A stretch of DNA of 33,668 nucleotides from an uncultured Candidatus Saccharibacteria bacterium (GTDB lineage: Bacteria; Patescibacteriota; Minisyncoccia; Phycocordibacterales; SBAW01): assembly GCA_964367315.1 (NCBI GenBank), contig CAYIWV010000001.1, positions 1 to 33,668 on the forward strand, written 5' to 3'. Positions 1-9,035 of the stretch are shown piece by piece; within the stretch, counting starts at the first letter, position 1; every line of letters begins with the position of its first letter. The translations under genes were made by a program, and so were the position numbers. Below the pieces are notes generated by a model. That model was given only the letters and a program-made list of their open reading frames with translations. It searched no databases and was not told the DNA's origin.

Positions 1-71
1 CCCGTATTCCACATGTCGAGGAGGTCGTCGTCGTGGCCCGGAGCGGCTTCTTCGTCGTAATCGCCGTACAT
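1..71 (-). CDS. N-terminal fragment of an unidentified protein; gene continues beyond the left window edge
   Basis: ATG at 71..69 on the minus strand with a GGGGGAG Shine-Dalgarno-like run 7 nt upstream. The frame is open to position 1 (MYGDYDEEAAPGHDDDLLDMWNT). Too short to assign a product. Confidence 0.4.
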   Translation of the reverse strand, partial: MYGDYDEEAAPGHDDDLLDMWNT

Positions 72-85
72 TTGCTGTCTCCCCC

Positions 86-114
86 GATCAAAGTCTCATT
101 GTGAGACTTTGATC
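86..114. promoter_or_regulatory. perfect 13-bp inverted repeat GATCAAAGTCTCA-TTG-TGAGACTTTGATC; candidate operator in a divergent intergenic region
   Basis: Read directly. It lies between the minus-strand left-edge gene (start 71) and the scpA-like ORF. Confidence 0.45.
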
Positions 115-202
115 CTAATAAGGCCCTCGCCACACGGCCGCGCCGCTGGTGGGGGCCCCGTTTTTCTAGGTGGCCCCGTAGCCGGTACAGACACCCATCT
201 TC

Positions 203-553
203 TTGCCGGACCCGGCCGTTACGCAAGGGTCCCTACGCGCCGCCGCACAGTCGGTCATAGACGGGTTCCCCACGACGTTTACGCTCCCGACGGTCGAGGT
301 CAGGAAAATCCGTTCGCTCGAGGAGACCATCCAAGAGCTTGCCGCCAGAATCTCGTCCGCTTTCCGCATGAACTTCAAGGACTTTGCAAAGTCCGCAGCC
401 GAGACGCGAGGGGGCCGCCACGCCGTTATTGTGAGTTTTTTAGCGCTGCTCGAGCTGGTGAAGCAGGGTATAATCAAGGCAACACAGGAAGAGAGCGGCG
501 ATATTGTCATGGAGTCCGATGCCGTCTCTACCCCTGAGTTTGGCAATGACTGA
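203..553 (+). CDS. scpA: ScpA-like kleisin, C-terminal winged-helix portion only (truncated; TTG start at 203 is uncertain)
   Basis: The C-terminus VIVSFLALLELVKQGIIKATQEESGDIVME is typical of ScpA, and an intact scpB follows with an overlap. The frame is closed upstream by TAG at 167-169 and TAA TAA at 116-121. Confidence 0.65.
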   Translation: MPDPAVTQGSLRAAAQSVIDGFPTTFTLPTVEVRKIRSLEETIQELAARISSAFRMNFKDFAKSAAETRGGRHAVIVSFLALLELVKQGIIKATQEESGDIVMESDAVSTPEFGND

Positions 554-1091
554 CCTTGCGACTACCATCGAAGCGCTCCTCTTTGCACTCGGCCGCCCGC
601 TTGCCCGCGCCGAGGCGGCAAAACTGACCGGCGCCAGCCCCGCCGATCTTGAGGCGGCTATTACAGAGTTGCTCGAGCTCCCTCGCGGCACAACCTTGCT
701 GGACGACGGCAACACCATCGAGCTGCGCGCCGCACCCTCCGCCGCGGCCTTAATCGAGCGGGTCCGCAAAGATGAATACTCCCGCGATATCGGCCGCGCC
801 GGGCTTGAGGCGCTCTCGGCAGTCCTCTACCGCGGGCCCCTGACGCGCGCCGAGATAGACTTTATCCGCGGCGTAAACTCATCCCAAACCCTGCGCACGC
901 TCACTTTGCGCGGTCTTTTGCGCCGCACTCCCAACCCCAAGGACGAACGCTCATTTTTATATGAGCCGACCACCGAGCTCCTCGCGGAGCTTGGCATCGC
1001 AAGCGTCAAAGCACTGCCCGAGTACGCCGCTGTTCGGCAAAAATTGCAGGACCTCGAGGAGGCGTACCGCGCCAAAGAACAAGACCAATGA
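546..1091 (+). CDS. scpB: segregation and condensation protein B
   Basis: The N-terminus TIEALLFALGRPL plus the GLEALSAVLYRGPLTRAEIDFIRGV motif match ScpB. ATG at 546 overlaps the scpA stop. I trimmed the longer track ORF that starts at 504. Confidence 0.85.
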   Translation: MTDLATTIEALLFALGRPLARAEAAKLTGASPADLEAAITELLELPRGTTLLDDGNTIELRAAPSAAALIERVRKDEYSRDIGRAGLEALSAVLYRGPLTRAEIDFIRGVNSSQTLRTLTLRGLLRRTPNPKDERSFLYEPTTELLAELGIASVKALPEYAAVRQKLQDLEEAYRAKEQDQ

Positions 1092-1960
1092 AGCGCGACT
1101 TGTTAAAAAAGACGTTCGCGGCGCTTGTGGCGGTAGCCGGCATGGGGGGCTCTTTTGCAATAGGCGCCGCCGGCGTCGCGCTCATGCACGCGCCGGCGCC
1201 GGCGTACGGTGCGCCGGCGCTCAAAAATATAGCGGTGCAGGCCAAAGCGGCCATACTCTACGACGTACACTCCGGCACGGTACTCTACCAAAAAAACGCC
1301 ACCATGGAGCTCCCGCTCGCCTCACTTACCAAATTAATGGCTGCGCAGGCCGCGCTCGCGGTGCAAGATCCGAAAACACTAGTGGAAATAACCGCCGATA
1401 CGCTGCGCCCCGAGGGAGACTCGGGGTTGCGCCAGGGCGATGCCTACGAGCTCAACGACCTGGTGCGTCTCGCACTGGTGGCATCATCCAACGACGCGGC
1501 CGCCGCCGCGGCCGCGTCTCTCGGCGGCGACTATTTACTGGCGATGAACTCCGCCGCGCGGCAGCTCGGGCTCACGAAGACGCACTTTTTAAATCCTACC
1601 GGGCTCGACGTCGACGCGCAAAATGCCGGCGCGTACGGCTCGGCCTACGATGTCGCACGGCTCGCGGCCGCGTTCTTTGCCGCACACCCGACGCTCTTCG
1701 AGGCGACCATGCGCGCTGAGGTAGCGGTGCCGCAAGGGCAGGGAGCTTTGGTTGCGGCCGCAACCGCCGCGCCCCTGCGCGATATCCCGGGGCTCATCGG
1801 GGGCAAGACGGGCTTTACCGACCTGGCCGGAGGCAATTTGGTGGCGGCGTTCGACCTCGAGGTAGGCAGGCCGGTCATCGCGGTGGTGCTCGGCTCCACC
1901 CTCGAGGGCCGTTTTAGCGATATCCGCATGCTTATCGAAGCCGCCCGAAAAAATCTATGA
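1088..1960 (+). CDS. D-alanyl-D-alanine carboxypeptidase (peptidase S11, low-MW PBP) with signal peptide
   Basis: Has the SxxK (SLTK), SxN (SSN) and KTG (KTGFT) motifs and a hydrophobic N-terminus. ATGA overlap with scpB. Confidence 0.85.
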   Translation: MKRDLLKKTFAALVAVAGMGGSFAIGAAGVALMHAPAPAYGAPALKNIAVQAKAAILYDVHSGTVLYQKNATMELPLASLTKLMAAQAALAVQDPKTLVEITADTLRPEGDSGLRQGDAYELNDLVRLALVASSNDAAAAAAASLGGDYLLAMNSAARQLGLTKTHFLNPTGLDVDAQNAGAYGSAYDVARLAAAFFAAHPTLFEATMRAEVAVPQGQGALVAAATAAPLRDIPGLIGGKTGFTDLAGGNLVAAFDLEVGRPVIAVVLGSTLEGRFSDIRMLIEAARKNL

Positions 1961-3009
1961 TATCCGACATGCTCCTCGTATTCATACCCGCGACGCTCGC
2001 GTTCCTCATCGGCGTGGGGCTCACGCCCTTCCTTACCCATGTGCTTTACACCAGGCGCATGTGGAAGCAGAAGGCCGGCAAGATCGCGCTCGACGGTTCT
2101 ACGGCTACCGAGTTTAACCGCCTGCATGAGGCGCGCGAGGTCGGTACTCCTCGTTTTGGCGGCATCGTGGTATGGGCGAGCGTCCTGCTTGCCGCCGACC
2201 TCCTGAGTATTTTGGCCCGCATCTATCCCGACGCCTTCCTCGACCTGGCGTTCATCAGCCGCTCGCAGACCTGGATGCCGCTCGCGGCGTTCGCGGCCGG
2301 GGCATTCGTCGGCTTTTTGGACGACCTCTTCGAGGTAAGCCGGGGCGAGGGCCTGCGCCTGCGGGTGCGGCTCGTTATCGTCGCGATTGTCGCGGCATTG
2401 TGCGGATGGTGGTTTTACGACAAGCTCGACGTCTCCTCGGTGACGACGCTCGTCACAGCCGCCCCGGTGGAGCTTGGGGTGCTGTTCATACCATTCTTTA
2501 TCCTGGTAACACTCTTTATATATGCGAGCGGCGTCATCGACGGGCTCGACGGCCTTGCCGGCGGGGTGTTTGCCTCAATCTTCGCCGCCTATGCGGGTAT
2601 CGCGTTCTTCCAAAATCAACTCGACATTGCGGCCTTGTGCGCCGCCATTGCCGGCGGGCTCCTCGCTTTCTTGTGGTTCAATATCCCGCCCGCGCGCTTC
2701 TACCTCTCCGAGACAGGCACAATGGCGCTGACGCTGGCGCTGGTCGTCATCGCCTTCTTGACCGACACGCTCGGCGAAGGCAAGGGCGTGGCAGTACTGC
2801 CGATTATCGCCCTGCCGCTCGTGGTCACTGTCGCGTCGAATATCCTCCAAATATTCTGGAAGCGCGTGTTTGGCCGCAAGCTCTTCCGCATCGCACCCCT
2901 GCACCACCACTTTGAGGCTATCGGCTGGCCAGCGCAAAAGGTCGTTATGCGCTACTGGGTCGTCGCGGTCGTCGCGGCAATTGTGGGGATGTCTATCGCC
3001 CTCTTATGA
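1957..3009 (+). CDS. mraY: phospho-N-acetylmuramoyl-pentapeptide transferase
   Basis: Polytopic membrane protein with the GTPRFGG, DDLFEV and APLHHHFE motifs. dcw gene context. Confidence 0.95.
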   Translation: MISDMLLVFIPATLAFLIGVGLTPFLTHVLYTRRMWKQKAGKIALDGSTATEFNRLHEAREVGTPRFGGIVVWASVLLAADLLSILARIYPDAFLDLAFISRSQTWMPLAAFAAGAFVGFLDDLFEVSRGEGLRLRVRLVIVAIVAALCGWWFYDKLDVSSVTTLVTAAPVELGVLFIPFFILVTLFIYASGVIDGLDGLAGGVFASIFAAYAGIAFFQNQLDIAALCAAIAGGLLAFLWFNIPPARFYLSETGTMALTLALVVIAFLTDTLGEGKGVAVLPIIALPLVVTVASNILQIFWKRVFGRKLFRIAPLHHHFEAIGWPAQKVVMRYWVVAVVAAIVGMSIALL

Positions 3010-4103
3010 GCAAGCGAGCGCCCTTGGATGCTCCGTTTTTGCTGACGGTGTGCTTGCTGTTGGCTTTTGGCCTGCTTATCTTCACCTCGGCGGCGCTCGG
3101 ACTTTTGGCGCGCGATGGCGCGACCTTTACCTCCGTGGCAACCTCCCAGCTCCTGCTTGGCTTTTTGCTCGGTGGGGTGGCGATGGTGGTGTTAAGCCGC
3201 ATCGACTACCGCACCTGGCGGCCCTATACGCCGTACTTTTTCGTGTTTTCGATCGGCCTGACGTTGCTGACATTTACGCCGCTTGGGCTCACGCTCAAAG
3301 GAGCGGCGCGGTGGGTCGCCTTGGGGCCCATAACCTTCCAGCCCGAGGAGGTCTTAAAGTTCGCCGCGGTCATGCTGCTTGCGGCGGTGTATGCCTCGCG
3401 TATGCGTGAGGTGCCGACTATGCGCGGCGGCCTCCTGCCGCTTATCCTCATCGGCGGGTCCGGCACGGTGCTGCTCTTGCTGCAGCCCAATACCGACGGC
3501 GCGATGATGCTTGCGGCCGCTTGCGCCGCGGTTCTCTTTGCCGCAGGCGGCAAACTGCGGCACCTTGCGCTCTTGGCGCTCCTTGGCGTGGTTGCGGTGG
3601 TTGCGGCCGCGTTCGCATACCCGCACGTGATGTCGCGGTTCGCCACTTTTTTCGATCAGGCGGCCGACCCGCAAGGTGCGGGCTGGCAGATCCATCAGTC
3701 GCTTATCGCGGTCGGGTCGGGGCAGGTATTCGGCAAGGGCTTCGGTCAGAGTATTGAAAAATTTTCCTACCTCCCGGAGCCGATAGGGGACTCGATTTTC
3801 GCGGTTGCGGCCGAGGAGTTCGGCTTTGTAGGGAGCGGCATCCTGGTTGCGCTCTATGCGACTTTTGCCCTCCTCGGCCTGCGCGTCGCGGCGCGCGCCC
3901 CGGACCCTTTCGGCGGGCTTGTGGTGGTTGGGCTCGTGACCCTCATTTGCGTGCAATCGTTCGTCAACATCGCCTCCGTCCTAGGGCTCATCCCGCTCTC
4001 GGGCCTGCCGCTTATCTTCGTCTCCCACGGCGGCACGGCGCTTGCTGTCTCCTTGGCCGAGGTCGGGGTTATACTGTCGGTATCCCGGAGGATGAAGTCC
4101 TAA
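3006..4103 (+). CDS. ftsW: SEDS-family peptidoglycan polymerase FtsW/RodA
   Basis: QPEEVLKF, YLPEPIGDSIFA and PLIFVSHGGTA motifs. Located between mraY and murG. Confidence 0.9.
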   Translation: MSKRAPLDAPFLLTVCLLLAFGLLIFTSAALGLLARDGATFTSVATSQLLLGFLLGGVAMVVLSRIDYRTWRPYTPYFFVFSIGLTLLTFTPLGLTLKGAARWVALGPITFQPEEVLKFAAVMLLAAVYASRMREVPTMRGGLLPLILIGGSGTVLLLLQPNTDGAMMLAAACAAVLFAAGGKLRHLALLALLGVVAVVAAAFAYPHVMSRFATFFDQAADPQGAGWQIHQSLIAVGSGQVFGKGFGQSIEKFSYLPEPIGDSIFAVAAEEFGFVGSGILVALYATFALLGLRVAARAPDPFGGLVVVGLVTLICVQSFVNIASVLGLIPLSGLPLIFVSHGGTALAVSLAEVGVILSVSRRMKS

Positions 4104-4118
4104 ATAATCAACAACCGT

Positions 4119-5249
4119 ATGAAGATACTTTTTACAGGAGGCGGGTCGGGCGGGCATTTTTACCCAATTGTGGCGGTCGCCGAGGCGCTCAACGACGCGG
4201 TGCGCGAGCGCAAGCTCCTCGAACCAAAACTCTACTATGCCGCCCCCGAGCCCTACGACCGCGAGATGCTGATCGCCAACGGCATTACGTTTGTTCCCAC
4301 CGCGGCGGGCAAGATCCGCAACTATGTCTCTATCCTCAACTTCTTCGATTATTTTAAGACCGCGTGGGGCGTGTTCCGCTCTATTTTGCGCATATTCTTT
4401 TTGTACCCCGACGTGGTGTTCGGCACGGGGGGGTATGCCTCCTTCCCGACGCTTTTGGCCGCGAAACTCTTCCGCATCCCGGTCGTTATTTATGCCACCG
4501 ACGCGGAGCCGAGCCGCGTCAACCGCTGGGCGGGAGCGTTCGCCGCAAAAATCGCGGTCTCCTACTCCGAGGCGGCACAATACTTCCCGAAAGAAAAAGT
4601 GGCGCACACCGGCAACCCCGTACGCAAATCAATTTTGGTGCCGGCGCGCGAGGGCGCGTACGAGTTTTTACACTTTAAGCATGAACTGCCGGTTATCCTT
4701 GTAGTCGGCGGCTCGCAGGGCGCGCAGGCGCTCAACGAAGCAATACTCGCGGCCCTGCCGAAGCTTTTGGAAAAATATCAGGTCGTACATCAGACCGGCG
4801 AGGCGAACCTCGCCGATGTCGAGGGCCGCGCCATGGTCGCCTTGGGTAACTCGCTCATCATCGAGCGTTACAAGGCGTTCGGCTACTTAAACGACCTTGC
4901 GACCCGTATGGCGGCGGGCGCGGCGGCGCTCGTCATTGCCCGCGCGGGCTCGGGTACGATATTCGAGATAGCGTCCTGGGGCCTGCCAAGCATTGTGGTA
5001 CCGATACCGGAGCCCATAAGCCACGACCAAACCAAGAACGCCTTCGGTTATGCCAGGGCAGGGGCGTGCGTCGTCATCGAACAAAACAATCTCACTCCCG
5101 GGCTCCTGCTCTCCGAGATAGAGCGGATTATGACCGACGAGTCGCTCAAGCATAAAATGTCGAACGCCGCCAAGGCCTACTCCCGCCCCGACTCGGCAAA
5201 GCTCATCGCCGACACCATCCTCGATATCGCCCTTTCCCACGAGGAATAA
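4119..5249 (+). CDS. murG: UDP-N-acetylglucosamine--N-acetylmuramyl-(pentapeptide) pyrophosphoryl-undecaprenol GlcNAc transferase
   Basis: GGGSGGHFYP N-terminus plus the GGSQGA and ARAGSGT motifs. Confidence 0.95.
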   Translation: MKILFTGGGSGGHFYPIVAVAEALNDAVRERKLLEPKLYYAAPEPYDREMLIANGITFVPTAAGKIRNYVSILNFFDYFKTAWGVFRSILRIFFLYPDVVFGTGGYASFPTLLAAKLFRIPVVIYATDAEPSRVNRWAGAFAAKIAVSYSEAAQYFPKEKVAHTGNPVRKSILVPAREGAYEFLHFKHELPVILVVGGSQGAQALNEAILAALPKLLEKYQVVHQTGEANLADVEGRAMVALGNSLIIERYKAFGYLNDLATRMAAGAAALVIARAGSGTIFEIASWGLPSIVVPIPEPISHDQTKNAFGYARAGACVVIEQNNLTPGLLLSEIERIMTDESLKHKMSNAAKAYSRPDSAKLIADTILDIALSHEE

Positions 5250-5255
5250 CTTAGG

Positions 5256-5261
5256 TATATT
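5256..5261 (+). promoter_or_regulatory. -10-like hexamer TATATT placed 6 nt upstream of the gltX ATG; possible leaderless promoter
   Basis: TATATT-cctctc-ATG read directly. No Shine-Dalgarno sequence between them. Confidence 0.35.
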
Positions 5262-5267
5262 CCTCTC

Positions 5268-6569
5268 ATGGCAGACACCGTTATAACCCGATTTCCCCCG
5301 AGCCCGACGGGCTTTTTGCATATTGGGTCTGTGCGCACCGCGCTCTTTAACTACCTCTTTACCAAACACAACGGAGGAGTGATGTTTTTGCGTTTCGAGG
5401 ATACCGACAAAGAGCGCAGTAAGAAGGAGTATGAGGACGATATCCTCGAGGGCCTGCGCTGGCTCAAGATACCCTACACGCTGCCGGAGGAGCCGCACCA
5501 ATCGAAACGCACCGCGATTTATAAAAAACACCTCTTGCCGCTCGTCGAGCGGGGAGCGGCCTATGAAGCCGAGCCAGCCAAGGACGACCAGGGCAAAAAG
5601 GTCGTACGGTTTAAAAATCCAAATAAGACCGTCACCTTTTTCGACCTGGTGCGGGGAGAGGTGTCGTTCGACACGACCGAGCTTGGCGACTTTGTCATCG
5701 CGCGCAACATGGACGAGCCACTCTACCACCTGGCCGTCGTCATTGACGACCATGAGATGGGGGTCACGCATATTTTGCGCGGCGAGGACCATATATCAAA
5801 CACCCAGCGGCAGATTTTAATATCGGAGGCACTCGGCTTTACGCGCCCCGAGTATGCGCATATCCCGCTTATCTTGGCGCCGGATAAATCCAAACTCTCC
5901 AAGCGCCACGGCGCTGTGTCCGTCAACGAATACCGCGCGCAGGGGTACTTGCCCGAGGCTCTGCTTAATTATGTAGCAATGCTCGGGTGGAACCCCGGCG
6001 GGGAGCGCGAGGTGTTTAGCTTGGAGGAGCTCGCGCAAGAGTTTACGCTTGACCGCGTACACAAATCTGGCGCCGTCTTCGATACCGAAAAACTAAAATG
6101 GTTCAATGAACAGCATCTAAAAAAACTCTCCGAGGCCGAGTTTGCCGAGCGGTTGCGGGAATTTATAGGAAAAGATATCGACCCGCGGCTTATCCCGCTC
6201 ATTAAGGAGCGCGCAAAAACTCTCGCGGAGGCGGCCGCGCTTGTGGGCGAGTATGACTTTTTTGGCGAGGTATCCTGCGGCACCGCACTGCTTACTCGGG
6301 GCGGCACAGTAGCGGCCGCCGATGCATCCAAGCACCTCCAGACTGTCCACGAGCTGCTCTCGGCGCTCGATGATGAAGATTTCACCGCTGCGCGCGTCAA
6401 AGAGGCGCTGTGGCCCTACGCGGAGGCAGAGGGCAGGGGAGCGGTGCTCTGGCCTTTGCGCGTCGCGCTCTCCGGCAAGGAAAAATCTCCCGACCCCTTT
6501 ACCATTGCGGGCATCCTTGGCAAGGAAAAGACGCTTACCCGCATTGCGGCTGCCGCAAAATCCCTTTAA
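5268..6569 (+). CDS. gltX: glutamate--tRNA ligase
   Basis: Class I aaRS signatures: PSPTGFLHIGSVRTALFN (HIGH region) and KLSKRHG (KMSKS). Confidence 0.95.
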   Translation: MADTVITRFPPSPTGFLHIGSVRTALFNYLFTKHNGGVMFLRFEDTDKERSKKEYEDDILEGLRWLKIPYTLPEEPHQSKRTAIYKKHLLPLVERGAAYEAEPAKDDQGKKVVRFKNPNKTVTFFDLVRGEVSFDTTELGDFVIARNMDEPLYHLAVVIDDHEMGVTHILRGEDHISNTQRQILISEALGFTRPEYAHIPLILAPDKSKLSKRHGAVSVNEYRAQGYLPEALLNYVAMLGWNPGGEREVFSLEELAQEFTLDRVHKSGAVFDTEKLKWFNEQHLKKLSEAEFAERLREFIGKDIDPRLIPLIKERAKTLAEAAALVGEYDFFGEVSCGTALLTRGGTVAAADASKHLQTVHELLSALDDEDFTAARVKEALWPYAEAEGRGAVLWPLRVALSGKEKSPDPFTIAGILGKEKTLTRIAAAAKSL

Positions 6570-6579
6570 AATAAGGACA

Positions 6580-7830
6580 ATGTCCCGTATAGCTGTGGTA
6601 GCCGGCGTTGTGTTGCTCGCATGCGCCGCTTTTGCTCCTGTCCTGCCTGTACACGCGCAAGATTCAAAAGATGCCATCCAAGAGCAGATAGACAAGCTCC
6701 GCAAGGAGATAGAGACCTTGCGGAAAGAGCTCACCACAACGACCGCGCAAAAACAGACGCTCCAGAGCGCCATCAAGGCGCTCGACCTGCAGATTCAGCA
6801 GCTGCAAAAAAGCATATCGCTTACCTCGACGGAGATAGGCCGCAAAGACAAAGAGATCGTGACGCTTGGGGGTAAAATACTCACCACCGAGGAAAAGATC
6901 GAGCTTAGCCAAGGGGGGGTCGCCTCCGCCTTGCGCGAGTTAAACGAGATGGACGACCTGGGGCTTGCGACCGCGCTTCTCGGCGGCGCAACACTTTCGA
7001 CCTTTTTCGACGAGGCGGTGGCGCTCGGCTCGATGCGCAGCGACTTAAGCAACAAGATACACGAGCTTAACGCGCTTAAATCCGACCTGGCGCAAAGCAA
7101 GGACGCCGCCGAGACTAAGCGCAAAGAGCTTGCCAGGCTCCAATCGCAGCTGAGCTCCGAGCGCAAGGGGCTCTCCGCTACCCGCGGCTCGCAAACGGAA
7201 CTCCTCAAAGTGACGCAGAGCAAGGAGGCGCAGTACCAGGCGCTTATCGCGCAAAAACAGGCCGAGCAAGCGGCGTTCGAGTCGGCACTGGTTAAGCTCG
7301 CCCGCGGTCTCGGCTCGGCCGACGTCAGCGGGGTACCCTCGCCGGAGCGCGGCGTCCTGCGCTGGCCGCTCGATAACGTATACGTGACGCAGCGCTTCGG
7401 CAACACCGACTTTGCACAATCCGGCGCGTATAGCGGACAAGGACACAACGGCATCGACTTTCGCGCGGCTATCGGTACGCCGGTGCGCGCGGCGCTCGAC
7501 GGCACCGTGCAAGAGGTCAACCAAGGCGCGGTCAAGTACTGCCAATACGGCAAGTGGGTCTTGGTGCGCCACAATAACGGCCTCACCACGCTCTACGCAC
7601 ACCTCTCGGGCATTGCGGTAAGTAAGGGGCAGTATGTCTCAACCGATGAGACGGTAGGCTACGCCGGTGACACCGGCTATGCGACCGGCCCGCACCTGCA
7701 CCTCACCGTCTACGCATCGGCTGGCGTCGCGTTTAAGCAATACACGTGCAACAGCGGCTATAGCGCATACATCCCCATCGCGCCGCTCAATGCATACTTA
7801 AACCCGCTGTCGTACTTGCCGGCGATATAA
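6580..7830 (+). CDS. secreted coiled-coil M23/LytM-family peptidase (EnvC-like)
   Basis: ATG at 6580 after an AAGGA ribosome-binding site. Signal peptide, a long Q/K/L-rich coiled coil, and a C-terminal GHNGIDF...HLHLTVY M23 motif. The N-terminal extension of the track ORF (from 6322) overlaps gltX and was rejected. Confidence 0.85.
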   Translation: MSRIAVVAGVVLLACAAFAPVLPVHAQDSKDAIQEQIDKLRKEIETLRKELTTTTAQKQTLQSAIKALDLQIQQLQKSISLTSTEIGRKDKEIVTLGGKILTTEEKIELSQGGVASALRELNEMDDLGLATALLGGATLSTFFDEAVALGSMRSDLSNKIHELNALKSDLAQSKDAAETKRKELARLQSQLSSERKGLSATRGSQTELLKVTQSKEAQYQALIAQKQAEQAAFESALVKLARGLGSADVSGVPSPERGVLRWPLDNVYVTQRFGNTDFAQSGAYSGQGHNGIDFRAAIGTPVRAALDGTVQEVNQGAVKYCQYGKWVLVRHNNGLTTLYAHLSGIAVSKGQYVSTDETVGYAGDTGYATGPHLHLTVYASAGVAFKQYTCNSGYSAYIPIAPLNAYLNPLSYLPAI

Positions 7831-7987
7831 CGCTCCTTAAAATTTTTCCGAGTGCCTTAGATATCCCCAGCGGGGGACTACCAAAGTCTGCAGTATCGTT
7901 CATACTTATAGATGCGGAAGTAGCCCCGGCAACGGGGCGGTCGAACCGCAAAATTTCTGTACTTACCTGCACCTCACATACACAACT

Positions 7988-8188
7988 ATGCCAACAGTAG
8001 CAATGATCGCTCACATCCTCGTTATCGTAGGCGCCCTTAACTGGGGCCTTATCGGACTTGGCCACTTTATGGGTCAGGACCTCAACGTGGTAGGGATGAT
8101 ACTCGGCGGTATGCCCGAGCTTGAAGCAATCGTATACGTCCTCGTCGGCCTCTCCGGCGCCTGGATGCTCGCAAAGCGCCGCGGTTAA
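7988..8188 (+). CDS. DUF378-family small membrane protein
   Basis: VGALNWGLIGL motif and two TM helices, characteristic of DUF378. Confidence 0.8.
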   Translation: MPTVAMIAHILVIVGALNWGLIGLGHFMGQDLNVVGMILGGMPELEAIVYVLVGLSGAWMLAKRRG

Positions 8189-8212
8189 TTTTCCCTCTCA
8201 GTTTGTTCGCTC

Positions 8213-8236
8213 AAACGCCTCTTCGGGGGCGTTTTT
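8213..8236 (+). terminator. intrinsic terminator after the DUF378 gene
   Basis: AAACGCCTC-TTCG-GGGGCGTTT stem with a UUCG loop, followed by T residues. Confidence 0.6.
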
Positions 8237-8267
8237 GCGTGCAAGGTTGAGAGAGCGGTATGGTATC

Positions 8268-9035
8268 ATGTCCCATTGTATGCACGCCGTAGAGGTTAAA
8301 GACCTGCGCAAAACCTACGCACCCCAAAAAGGGCAGGGGAGCGGCGTCGAAGCGCTCAGGGGCGTGAGCCTCACCGTCACGGAGGGAGATTTTTTTGCGT
8401 TGCTTGGCCCCAACGGCGCGGGCAAGACTACCCTTATTGCCATACTGACCAGCCTCGTGCGCAAGACGGGCGGCCATGCGAGTATCTTTGGCGTCGATAT
8501 CGACCGCGACCGGAGCCTGGCTAAGACCTATATCGGCCTCGTGCCGCAGGAGTTCAACTTTAATATCTTCGAAAAAGTCATCGACATCGTCACGACCCAG
8601 GCGGGGTACTACGGTATCCCGCGCAAAGAGGCGCTCGTGCGCGCCGAAACCTTGCTGAAGGGCCTCGGACTCTGGGAAAAGCGCAACGTGCCGTCCCAGA
8701 CGCTCTCCGGCGGGATGAAGCGGCGCCTCATGATAGCCCGCGGCCTGGTACACAACCCAAAACTTCTCATACTGGACGAGCCGACTGCCGGGGTGGATGT
8801 CGAGATGCGCCACGGCATGTGGGACTTTTTGCGCACGCTGAATGCGCAAGGGACGACGATCATCTTGACGACTCATTATCTGGAGGAAGCGGAAGCCTTG
8901 TGCCGAACCATCGCCATCATCAACAAGGGCGCCATTGTCATTAACGAGCCGATGCAGCAGCTCTTGCAGAGCCGCGGGGAAGCGAAGCTCGAGCAAATAT
9001 ACCTTGACCTCGTTAAGCAAGAACCGCCATTATGA
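8268..9035 (+). CDS. ABC transporter ATP-binding protein (ABC-2 type)
   Basis: Walker A GPNGAGKT, signature LSGGMKRR, Walker B LLILDEP. Start chosen at ATG 8268; ATG 8280 is also possible. Confidence 0.9.
   Translation: MSHCMHAVEVKDLRKTYAPQKGQGSGVEALRGVSLTVTEGDFFALLGPNGAGKTTLIAILTSLVRKTGGHASIFGVDIDRDRSLAKTYIGLVPQEFNFNIFEKVIDIVTTQAGYYGIPRKEALVRAETLLKGLGLWEKRNVPSQTLSGGMKRRLMIARGLVHNPKLLILDEPTAGVDVEMRHGMWDFLRTLNAQGTTIILTTHYLEEAEALCRTIAIINKGAIVINEPMQQLLQSRGEAKLEQIYLDLVKQEPPL

Noticed and set aside
4887-5792. 301-aa minus-strand ORF antisense to murG and gltX. The same applies to 8211-9020 (-), 15855-16883 (+), 18176-19018 (-), 28911-29606 (+), 31934-33334 (+), 961-1719 (+), 2172-2915 (+), 3354-3956 (-) and 3981-4607 (-).
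   Set aside because: Each lies fully within a strongly supported gene on the opposite strand or in another frame. Their translations are Arg/Gly/Pro/Ala-rich and low in complexity, as expected for shadow ORFs in high-GC DNA. No motifs or ribosome-binding sites.
6322-6579. N-terminal extensions of track ORFs, such as the M23 peptidase from 6322. Other cases are the ABC ATPase from 8121, the exonuclease to 13430, the membrane protein to 13650, hisI to 25258, GIY-YIG to 29995 and ImmA from 25609.
   Set aside because: The extensions overlap upstream genes and have Arg/Ser/Cys-rich nonsense-like composition. An internal ATG with a better ribosome-binding site or promoter coincides with the start of homology or with a signal peptide.
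7831-7987. Possible riboswitch or leader upstream of the DUF378 gene (hairpins CCCC-agc-GGGG and GCCCCG-gcaa-CGGGGC)
   Set aside because: Only two short GC hairpins are present, which are expected by chance at this GC content. No known riboswitch consensus was recognised.
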